Sequence record: SRR22947727_447
Reading direction: 5' to 3' (one strand)
Length of the DNA: 47,132 nucleotides
The notes beneath the pieces are model-generated. The model did not search any database. It was given only the letters and a program-made list of their open reading frames with translations, and had not been told where the DNA came from. Every line of letters starts with the position of its first letter. Positions within the stretch are counted from its first letter, which is position 1. This document shows, one piece after another, positions 1 to 7,521 of this stretch. The position numbers were made by a program, and so were the translations under genes.

Positions 1-672
1 AAAGTGTTTGAGGATTTCCCTTTGATCCTCTTTGAGAATTCCCTTTCCTTGGTCCAATACTTTAAAGCTAATTTCACAACTTTTATTCGTTATTTTCCGG
101 CCTTCCAGTTTTAGTAATACTGGTTTTTTTTCTCCAAATTTTACGGCATTATTGAGTAAATTGATCAGTACCTGGGTGAGTTTTACGGGATCTCCATTGA
201 GGTGGTTGGGTATTTTGGGATCAATATTTATTGCTATTTCAGTACCCTTGGTTGTTAATTGTTTTTTGACAGTTTTTGACACAAGGTAAACCAAGCTGTC
301 TAATTCAAAAGATTCCTGATGCTGACCTAATTTTTTTGCATCAACTTTCTTCAATAAAAGGGAATCGTTAATTAATTTAACCAAATAATTTGAGGCCCTT
401 TCCAGTATTTGAAGGTCTTCTATTTGCGAAGCTTTTGGTGCGTTTTCTAATAAGCTTTTAGATATGACAGTTACGGCATGTAAAGGGGTTCTTAGCTCAT
501 GACTTAAGTGGGTGTTGTAAGCCAAGATCTCATTTGTTTTGAGGGCGTTATGGTGCTTTTCCTTTTTGTTTATGACAAGTAGGCAAACAATAACAATACA
601 TAAAATTCCAAAAACACCAAATATCAACGACAACAGAAAAGGTGTAATTGAGATGTTAGCGGAAAGGATCAT
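1..672 (-). CDS. Sensor histidine kinase (HisKA + HATPase_c), one N-terminal TM helix; 3' end runs off the window
   Basis: Not in the ORF track. Manual translation from ATG at 672 is open to position 1: MILSANISITPFLLSLIFGVFGILCIVIVCLLVINKKEK..., H-box LSHELRTPL, N-box GDPVKLTQVLINLLNNAVKF, G1-box VLDQGKGI. Start overlaps the gap stop (ATGA). Confidence 0.92.
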   Translation of the reverse strand, partial: MILSANISITPFLLSLIFGVFGILCIVIVCLLVINKKEKHHNALKTNEILAYNTHLSHELRTPLHAVTVISKSLLENAPKASQIEDLQILERASNYLVKLINDSLLLKKVDAKKLGQHQESFELDSLVYLVSKTVKKQLTTKGTEIAINIDPKIPNHLNGDPVKLTQVLINLLNNAVKFGEKKPVLLKLEGRKITNKSCEISFKVLDQGKGILKEDQREILKHF

Positions 673-1685
673 ATTGATGAGCTTGCTATTTTTCTTGTGT
701 GTAAAATTAAGTCTACCAGCCTATTACTGTAACCTGTTTCATTGTCGTACCATCCTATGATTTTAACCATATTACCAATGACAGAGGTCATTTGGGCGTC
801 AAATGTGCAGGAAAAAGGACTGTTATTTATGTCTACAGACACAATAGGATCTTCGGTGTAAGCTAAAATATGTTTAAATTTTCCAGCTGCCGCCTCCTTA
901 AATTTAGTATTTATTTCAGTAATACTAGTAGGTTTTATCACATTAAATGTAATGTCGGTCAAAGAACCATTGGCTACTGGAACCCTAATGCCACAACCGC
1001 CAATCACTTCAGCCAGATCAGGAAACACCCTTGTGAGTGCTTTTGCAGCACCTGTGGTGGTCGGTACTATTGATTGCCCAGCAGCTCTGGCTCTTCTGAG
1101 GTCTCTATGGGGCTGGTCGTGCAAACTTTGGTCCGAGGTATACGAATGAATCGTAGTGATATAAGCCTCTCTGATGCCACATAAATCTTTGATTATTGCA
1201 ATCATTGGCGCCGCATTATTTGTGGTGCAAGAAGCATTAGAGATAATTTGATCACTATTTTTTAAAGTGTGTTCATTAATACCCATAATAATCATAGGGA
1301 TATTGTCTTCTTCAGGTGGTGCTGCTAAAATGACTCTTTTTACTCGGTCTTTTAGATGAAGGGATAGCATGCTTTTACGCTTGAATTTACCGGTGGCTTC
1401 TATAATTATTTCTGCTCCAGTATCCTGCCATGAAATTGACTCAATGGCTGCTTCATTAAACACAGGGACTGTTTTTTTAGCAATCATTATGGCGTGATCC
1501 AAGCCAATTACATCTGTGTCTAAGACTCCGTGTATGGAATCGTATTTTAAAAGATGGGCAAGGGTTTTTGCCGGGGCAAGATCGTTAATGGCTACTACCT
1601 CAATGGAGGGATGGTTAATTAAAAGGCGAAAGAGTGTTCGGCCAATTCGGCCAAAGCCATTAATACCTATTTTAATTTTTTTCAT
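669..1685 (-). CDS. gap: Type I glyceraldehyde-3-phosphate dehydrogenase
   Basis: GINGFGRIGR Rossmann motif, catalytic NASCTTN, IVPTTTGAAKA, WYDNE. Confidence 0.95.
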   Translation of the reverse strand: MKKIKIGINGFGRIGRTLFRLLINHPSIEVVAINDLAPAKTLAHLLKYDSIHGVLDTDVIGLDHAIMIAKKTVPVFNEAAIESISWQDTGAEIIIEATGKFKRKSMLSLHLKDRVKRVILAAPPEEDNIPMIIMGINEHTLKNSDQIISNASCTTNNAAPMIAIIKDLCGIREAYITTIHSYTSDQSLHDQPHRDLRRARAAGQSIVPTTTGAAKALTRVFPDLAEVIGGCGIRVPVANGSLTDITFNVIKPTSITEINTKFKEAAAGKFKHILAYTEDPIVSVDINNSPFSCTFDAQMTSVIGNMVKIIGWYDNETGYSNRLVDLILHTRKIASSSI

Positions 1686-1700
1686 CTAAAGTTTGTGCTG

Positions 1701-2582
1701 TTAGAGCATGTGTTTGTGTGCCTTGTAAGAAGACCGCACTAATGCACCACTTTCTACATGCCTAAAGCCCATTTCTAAGCCAATTGTTTCGTATTTCTTA
1801 AACTGTTCAGGAGTGATGAATTCTGTTACTGGTAAGTGATTTTTTGAAGGTTGTAAGTACTGGCCAATAGTCACTACGTCTACTTGGGCATTTCTTAAAT
1901 CCCTAAGGGTCTCAATGACCTCTTCTTCTCTTTCACCAAGTCCTAACATAATACCAGACTTTGTTCTGTTTATCCCAGATTTTTTAAGGTAGGCTAAGAC
2001 TTCCAGACTTTTCTCATATTTGGCTTGAATCCTTACGGCTCTTGTAAGTCTTTTGACGGTCTCCATATTGTGAGAAACTACTTCAGGATTTGCCTTTATA
2101 ATTCTGTCTAAGTGTCTTGTGATTCCTTGAAAATCAGGAATGAGTGTTTCCAAGGTAGTATTAGGATTTAATCTACGAATGGCACCCACTGTTTCTTCCC
2201 AAATAATAGATCCCATGTCTTGAAGGTCGTCTCTGTCTACTGAGGTAATTACAGCGTGTTTTATACCCATTATTTGAATAGAGCGTGCCACTTTCTCAGG
2301 TTCTTCCCAGTCTACTGTTTCAGGTCTTCCTGTTTTAACACCGCAAAAGCCACAAGATCTGGTGCAAATATTTCCTAAAATCATAAATGTTGCCGTACCC
2401 TCACCCCAACATTCACCCATATTTGGACAACTTCCAGAAGTACAAATGGTATGTAAATCATACTTATCTACCAAACTTCTAAGTTGGGTGTATTTTTGGC
2501 CTGTGGGAAGTTTAACCCTCAACCATTTTGGTTTTCCAGCCTTAGGTTTGTCTTTGGTGGTAGTGATTGTATCGGTAGCCAT
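1701..2582 (-). CDS. lipA: Lipoyl synthase (radical SAM)
   Basis: KPKWLRV, CX4CX5C ([12 protein letters not shown]), CX3CX2C (CTRSCGFC), C-terminal RSSY. Start moved to ATG 2582, downstream of a -7 box. Confidence 0.97.
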   Translation of the reverse strand: MATDTITTTKDKPKAGKPKWLRVKLPTGQKYTQLRSLVDKYDLHTICTSGSCPNMGECWGEGTATFMILGNICTRSCGFCGVKTGRPETVDWEEPEKVARSIQIMGIKHAVITSVDRDDLQDMGSIIWEETVGAIRRLNPNTTLETLIPDFQGITRHLDRIIKANPEVVSHNMETVKRLTRAVRIQAKYEKSLEVLAYLKKSGINRTKSGIMLGLGEREEEVIETLRDLRNAQVDVVTIGQYLQPSKNHLPVTEFITPEQFKKYETIGLEMGFRHVESGALVRSSYKAHKHML

Positions 2583-2593
2583 CTTTTTTTTAA

Positions 2594-2601
2594 CAAATAT
2601 A
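2594..2601 (-). promoter_or_regulatory. Bacteroidota -7 promoter box for lipA
   Basis: TATATTTG matches TAnnTTTG, 11 nt upstream of the lipA ATG. Confidence 0.7.
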
Positions 2602-2623
2602 ATAAACAATGGGGATAAAAGCC

Positions 2624-3199
2624 TTAAATCGAGGGCTTGTTCCTAATCAATTCGGACAATAATTTTCTTGCTCTAAGGGCCTTAACTTTAATGTTATTTA
2701 CGGGTTCTTCTAGTACTAATGCCATTTCAGCATAACTCATTTCATTAAAATACCTCAGGTTTATAACTTTTTGATAAGCAGGCTTTAGTTTTTTTATTTC
2801 TGTGAGTAAATCTGCTAAATTTTGTTGCTGAATCAATTGATCTTCAGCAGTGGGAGTACTGTCTAAAACCTCTGATTCTCCTGCGCTGTTTTGGTAAGAA
2901 AAAGTATTGTTTTCTAGGCTTCTTTTTTGTTTTCTCAAAAGATCTATGTGTAGGTTTTTTGAAATGGTAATAAGCCAGGTTTTAAACACAAACTCTTCTT
3001 TATAGCTATTGATTTTGTCAAAAGCTTTAGAAAATGTTTCAATAGTAATGTCCTCTGCCTCTAATTCATTTTTTGTTCTAAGCAGTTGAAAACTATACAC
3101 ATCATTCCAAAAGGTATCCAAGAGATTACTAAATGCGAGTTGTTGACCAGATTTGGCGTTTTGTATGGTCTTTGATATGTTTTCGGGAGCTAAAATCAA
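2624..3199 (-). CDS. ECF sigma-70 factor
   Basis: Region 2 [14 protein letters not shown]...[11 protein letters not shown]; region 4 [13 protein letters not shown]...[15 protein letters not shown] start. Confidence 0.92.
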   Translation of the reverse strand: MILAPENISKTIQNAKSGQQLAFSNLLDTFWNDVYSFQLLRTKNELEAEDITIETFSKAFDKINSYKEEFVFKTWLITISKNLHIDLLRKQKRSLENNTFSYQNSAGESEVLDSTPTAEDQLIQQQNLADLLTEIKKLKPAYQKVINLRYFNEMSYAEMALVLEEPVNNIKVKALRARKLLSELIRNKPSI

Positions 3200-3206
3200 C
3201 GAATCT

Positions 3207-3407
3207 TTATTGGGTTATTTCATTTTTACAATCCTGTTCAGTAGGAAGCTTTCCACACATCCCACATGCCTCCCCTTCTTTATTTAAAAAAGGGCTTTGA
3301 CTGGCACATGTTCCTGAGAATACACCATCCTTTTTGGCCCAAATTTTTATGGCAATACCAGCAAAACCTAATCCTAAAAGTGCAATTGTAATGAAAACTA
3401 ACTTCAT
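3207..3407 (-). CDS. Small membrane protein with one TM helix and a 4-Cys tail (NqrM-like architecture)
   Basis: 66 aa, hydrophobic N-terminus, then GTC...CGMC...C; own -7 box upstream. Confidence 0.8.
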   Translation of the reverse strand: MKLVFITIALLGLGFAGIAIKIWAKKDGVFSGTCASQSPFLNKEGEACGMCGKLPTEQDCKNEITQ

Positions 3408-3422
3408 ATATTATATTTTTTA

Positions 3423-3430
3423 CAAAGGTA
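3423..3430 (-). promoter_or_regulatory. -7 promoter box for the small Cys protein / ECF sigma pair
   Basis: TACCTTTG matches TAnnTTTG, 15 nt upstream of ATG 3407. Confidence 0.7.
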
Positions 3431-3453
3431 CAAAATATGCCTTTGTGACACAC

Positions 3454-4203
3454 TTATCCAATGGGAATATTGGCTATGGATTCTTTTGGATTTGGGTTTG
3501 GATTACCAGGTTTTTCTTCAATGGTGATATATATGATTCCTTTTTCTTTAAAGGGTATTTGAATTAATTGTTGTTTGTCAATTTTTGAAAGCACCCCAAT
3601 ATTCTCAATTATTCCATTGCGACTTACCCATATTTGGAAACACTTGTTATCTGGTAGATTGGGTAAATTATCGAATTGCAGGAACCCCAATCTTTTCTCT
3701 TTATTTAGATAAGAAGAAAAATTAAAGGAAACTTGATTGTATTTAGACTCATGCTCTTTTTTCTCAGTTTGAGGGCTTTGAAGAACTATAAACTGATTCC
3801 TTAAGTCTTCTAACTTTTGGTCAAAATTTGTAGTGAGTTCTTTAATTTGATCATTGACCACAGACTGCTGGGTTCTCATTCTTTTCGTTTCTTGAAGTAC
3901 ATAAAGCGCAGTCATTAAAAAAACCACAATTGCTAACACAATAGAAACCCATGAAAATTTAGCCAATCGTTCAATTCTTTTTACCTGTCGTTCTATATTG
4001 GCTTTTAAAGATTTTACAGGTGCTTTTTTGTATTGACTACTAAATTCTAAAAGATTGTTTTCTAATAGGTCTAGGTGTGCTTTTAAATCAGGATTATTTT
4101 CAATGAGACTTTCAATGCGAAGGGCCTCTTGAGGATCAAGACTTCCGGATACATATAATTCAAGATCACCAGATGCGATTATAGCTGCTGTATTTTCTTC
4201 CAT
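3454..4203 (-). CDS. Anti-sigma factor (RskA / anti-sigma-K-like)
   Basis: N-terminal LELYVSGSL, central TM helix and coiled coil, C-terminal LPNLPDNKCFQIW...ITIEEKPGNPNP; 3 bp after an ECF sigma. Confidence 0.88.
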   Translation of the reverse strand: MEENTAAIIASGDLELYVSGSLDPQEALRIESLIENNPDLKAHLDLLENNLLEFSSQYKKAPVKSLKANIERQVKRIERLAKFSWVSIVLAIVVFLMTALYVLQETKRMRTQQSVVNDQIKELTTNFDQKLEDLRNQFIVLQSPQTEKKEHESKYNQVSFNFSSYLNKEKRLGFLQFDNLPNLPDNKCFQIWVSRNGIIENIGVLSKIDKQQLIQIPFKEKGIIYITIEEKPGNPNPNPKESIANIPIG

Positions 4204-4206
4204 TTT

Positions 4207-4734
4207 TTATTGCTTAAACTGATAAATAGTGCCCAGTTCTTTTAATCCAATTCTAAGCCTAGATTTAACTGTTCCCAAAGGAATGTTTAAAAACTCAGCC
4301 ACTTCTCTTTGCGTCATGCCAAAGAAGAAAATAGCTTCTAGTACCGCTTTGTTTTTAAGGGCCAATTGGTCCATATGATTCTGAACATCAAGGTGGTCAC
4401 TGTCAAATCCTTGGTCCCTAATATTTACGGTATTAATCCCTATTTGGACTTCTAAGGGTTTTGTTTTGTTTGTTTTCCGATATAAATCAATAGCAGTGTT
4501 GCGTGTAATCCTTAAAATCCAGGTAAATAATTTCGCTTTTTTTTGATCGTAAGTATGGCTATTTTCCCAAATTTTTATAAAACTCTCCTGTAGGGCGTCT
4601 TCTGCAGCTGAGCTGTCTTTTAATATTTGAAAACAAACCCCATAAAGCACCTCTGAGTAATTGTCATAGAGTAAGCTAAGGGCTTTTTCATCCTTAGCTT
4701 TTAAGAGTCCAACAATTCTCGTGTCTATACCCAT
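4207..4734 (-). CDS. ECF sigma-70 factor (SigK-like)
   Basis: AEDALQESFIKIW, LFTWILRITRNTAID, TQREVAEFLNIPLGTVKSRLR; ATG at 4734 (alternative TTG 4737). Confidence 0.93.
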   Translation of the reverse strand: MGIDTRIVGLLKAKDEKALSLLYDNYSEVLYGVCFQILKDSSAAEDALQESFIKIWENSHTYDQKKAKLFTWILRITRNTAIDLYRKTNKTKPLEVQIGINTVNIRDQGFDSDHLDVQNHMDQLALKNKAVLEAIFFFGMTQREVAEFLNIPLGTVKSRLRIGLKELGTIYQFKQ

Positions 4735-4743
4735 CAATGTTGG

Positions 4744-5760
4744 CTAAATAATATTTACTTCAGGTTCTAAGTGTATGGCGAATTTTTCTTTGACTGTTTG
4801 AATGACTTTTTGAGCCATAGCTAATAGCTGTTTTCCACTAGCATTTCCGTAGTTTACAATGACCAAAGCTTGTTTTTCGTGAATTCCAGCGTCATTTTCT
4901 CTGTATCCCTTTAATCCAGATTGCTCTATGAGCCAGCCAGCAGGGATCTTGTATTGATTTTCAGTAATCTTATAAAATGGTGCTTCTGGCCATTTAGAAT
5001 AAAATGCATTAAAAATATCCTTTCCAACCGTTGGGTTTTTAAAAAAACTACCACTATTTCCCAATATTTTTGGATCGGGTAGTTTTGATTTTCTAATACT
5101 GATAACAGCATCCGAGACATCCTTTATGGTTGGATTTTTATCTGTATTATTTTCTTTTAAGACCCTTTGAATATCACCGTATTGGGTTTGTAGTACATGG
5201 GGTTGTTTTGAAAGGCAAACCCTAACATTGTAGATAATATACTTTCCTTTGGCCCTTGTTTTGAAAACAGATGACCTGTAGTCAAACTCACATGCTTCTG
5301 CAAAGAGCGTTTGTGTTTTAAGTGTTTTTATTTCCAGTACCTCACAGGACACAAAAACATCTTTTAACTCTACCCCATAAGCGCCAATATTTTGAATTGG
5401 TGCACTACCCACACAACCTGGAATTAGTGATAAGTTTTCAAGCCCACCGTAATCATGTTCCAAACACCAAAGTACTAAATCATGCCAATTTTCTCCTGCA
5501 GCGACGTCTAAAACAACCTCATTTTCAGTTTCAGAAACCAAATGAATTCCCTTATGACATATTTTTATAACATGGGCGTTTAAGTCTTTAGTCAGTAGGA
5601 GGTTGCTCCCTCCACTTAGAATAAAAATATCAGGATGACAGCGATTCAATAAAAGGTGTTTTAAATCTTCTAAATGGTGGCTCTCTGAAAAGTAAGCTGC
5701 TGAAACATCTATACCAAAACTGTTGTGTGATTTAATGGATATGTTCTTAGAAATATTCAT
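4744..5760 (-). CDS. murB: UDP-N-acetylmuramate dehydrogenase
   Basis: GGSNLL, LENLSLIPG, APIQNIGAYGVE, GNSGSFFKNP, LEPEV. Confidence 0.97.
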   Translation of the reverse strand: MNISKNISIKSHNSFGIDVSAAYFSESHHLEDLKHLLLNRCHPDIFILSGGSNLLLTKDLNAHVIKICHKGIHLVSETENEVVLDVAAGENWHDLVLWCLEHDYGGLENLSLIPGCVGSAPIQNIGAYGVELKDVFVSCEVLEIKTLKTQTLFAEACEFDYRSSVFKTRAKGKYIIYNVRVCLSKQPHVLQTQYGDIQRVLKENNTDKNPTIKDVSDAVISIRKSKLPDPKILGNSGSFFKNPTVGKDIFNAFYSKWPEAPFYKITENQYKIPAGWLIEQSGLKGYRENDAGIHEKQALVIVNYGNASGKQLLAMAQKVIQTVKEKFAIHLEPEVNII

Positions 5761-6950
5761 TAATTTGGATAAACCTCCAAAGCTTTTTTTAGAATTTCTA
5801 TGGCGGTAATTAATTGCTGTTCTTCTAACACATAGGCAATTCTAATTTCATTTTTACCTAAGCCAGGAGTCGCATAAAAACCAGCTGCAGGGGCAACCAT
5901 GATTGTTTTGCCACCTACAGAAAAAGAATCGAGTAGCCACTTGGCAAAATTATCTGCATCTGCAACAGGCAAAGCTACTACACAGTAAAAAGCCCCTCTT
6001 GGATTAGCAACAGCTACCCCTGGAATTTTTTTTAGACCAGAGATTAACACATCCCTTCTTTTTTGGTATTCTGTGTTTACTGTTTTAAAATAGGACGTAG
6101 GGGTATCTAAAGCGGCCTCTGCAGCAATTTGAGCATAGGTGGGAGGGGAAAGTCTCGCTTGCGCAAACTTCATGGCCGTATCAATAAATGCTTTATTTTT
6201 TGATACCAAACAACCTATACGAGCACCACACATACTGTATCTCTTAGATACAGAATCTATGACTATAGCGTAGTCTGCTATTCCTTCTAATGTTAAAATA
6301 GAGTGGTGTACAGCCCCTTCGTAAGTGAATTCCCTATACACTTCATCTGCAATTAGAAAAATATTGTGCTTTTTAACCAAGGCAGACAAGGCTTCTAGCT
6401 CTTCTATTGTATAGAGATAGCCAGTTGGGTTTCCAGGATTGCAAATGACAATAGCCTTTGTTTTTGACCCAATTAATTTTTCAAAATCAGCTATGGGGGG
6501 TAGGGCAAAATTTTCGGATAGGCTAGAAACAACAGGTACTACTCTAATATCGTTGGCAGCTGCAAACCCATTGTAGTTGGCGTAAAAGGGTTCTGGAATA
6601 ATGATCTCATCTCCTGGATCTGCCACACTGCCCATAGCGAATGACAAGGCTTCGGATCCCCCAGTGGTTACAATAATATCTTCTTTAGTGATATTTACAT
6701 GGTGTAGTTTGTAATACTGCGCTAATTTATCTCTATAGGTGTCAGACCCTTCCGTTCTACTATAAGCCAAGACTTCAATTTTAGCATTAGATACGGCATC
6801 TAGCGCTATTTGAGGTGTTTTAATATCTGGTTGACCAATATTCAAATGAATTACTTCAATACCCTTCGCTTTGGCATTTTCTGCAAAGGGGACAAGTTTT
6901 CTAATAGGGGATTCGGGCATAGAAAGCCCTTTTTTAGACAATACTGGCAT
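5760..6950 (-). CDS. Class I/II PLP-dependent aminotransferase (aspartate aminotransferase-like)
   Basis: LNIGQPD, NPGNPTG, ADEVY, SVSKRYSMCGARIG (PLP lysine). Confidence 0.93.
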   Translation of the reverse strand: MPVLSKKGLSMPESPIRKLVPFAENAKAKGIEVIHLNIGQPDIKTPQIALDAVSNAKIEVLAYSRTEGSDTYRDKLAQYYKLHHVNITKEDIIVTTGGSEALSFAMGSVADPGDEIIIPEPFYANYNGFAAANDIRVVPVVSSLSENFALPPIADFEKLIGSKTKAIVICNPGNPTGYLYTIEELEALSALVKKHNIFLIADEVYREFTYEGAVHHSILTLEGIADYAIVIDSVSKRYSMCGARIGCLVSKNKAFIDTAMKFAQARLSPPTYAQIAAEAALDTPTSYFKTVNTEYQKRRDVLISGLKKIPGVAVANPRGAFYCVVALPVADADNFAKWLLDSFSVGGKTIMVAPAAGFYATPGLGKNEIRIAYVLEEQQLITAIEILKKALEVYPN

Positions 6951-6977
6951 GGATTTTTTTTTGCGAAATTAGGAATC

Positions 6978-7000
6978 AAAAACAAGCCCAGCTTGTTTTT
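6978..7000 (-). terminator. Intrinsic terminator after the DUF1573 gene
   Basis: Perfect inverted repeat AAAAACAAGC-N3-GCTTGTTTTT, 7 nt past the stop codon. Confidence 0.7.
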
Positions 7001-7007
7001 TTAAAAA

Positions 7008-7388
7008 TTATTCTTCTTTTTTAACCATTCCCTTGATTGTCAATATTTTAGTAGGTGTCTCTGCATTAGATTTAACCGTAACGGCCTTTCTGATAGGGCC
7101 TACTAAAGCTGTGTTGTATTTTACCTGAATTTCTCCTGTTTTTTCCGGTAAAATAGGCGCCTCTGGTTTTTTGGGAATAGTGCAACCACAGCTGGAGCTT
7201 ACTTCGGTTATTATCAGTGGAGCGTCTCCGGTGTTGGTGAATTCAAACACCCTAATTCCGTCGCTATTTACCGCTATTGTTCCATAGTCGATGGTTTTAA
7301 ATTTGAAGCTTATTTTTGCCGTTTTTTCTTGAGCTAAAACAGTGTTTTGCATGAAGATTACCGCAAGTAAGAAAAGTAAATTTTTCAT
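7008..7388 (-). CDS. DUF1573-domain exported protein
   Basis: Signal peptide; FEFTNTGDAPLII..V.SSCGCT.P motif. Confidence 0.9.
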   Translation of the reverse strand: MKNLLFLLAVIFMQNTVLAQEKTAKISFKFKTIDYGTIAVNSDGIRVFEFTNTGDAPLIITEVSSSCGCTIPKKPEAPILPEKTGEIQVKYNTALVGPIRKAVTVKSNAETPTKILTIKGMVKKEE

Positions 7389-7412
7389 TTTTTCTTTAGT
7401 TTAGAACTATAT

Positions 7413-7444
7413 CAAATATAATTCTTTTCATAACAAGGGACAAA
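7413..7444 (-). promoter_or_regulatory. Full -33/-7 promoter for the DUF1573 gene
   Basis: TTTG (7444-7441), 20-nt spacer, TATATTTG (7420-7413). Confidence 0.78.
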
Positions 7445-7471
7445 ATTCTTTCAAGAGAGGCAGAGTATCCT

Positions 7472-7479
7472 TATTTTTG
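7472..7479 (+). promoter_or_regulatory. -7 promoter box for valS
   Basis: TATTTTTG matches TAnnTTTG, 42 nt upstream of the ATG. Confidence 0.65.
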
Positions 7480-7521
7480 TATCTTATTATTTCCTAATAA
7501 CAAGCCTAACTACTATATTGT

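Noticed and set aside
32..760. Plus-strand ORFs 32..289 and 539..760
   Set aside because: They are antisense to the real minus-strand histidine kinase and gap.
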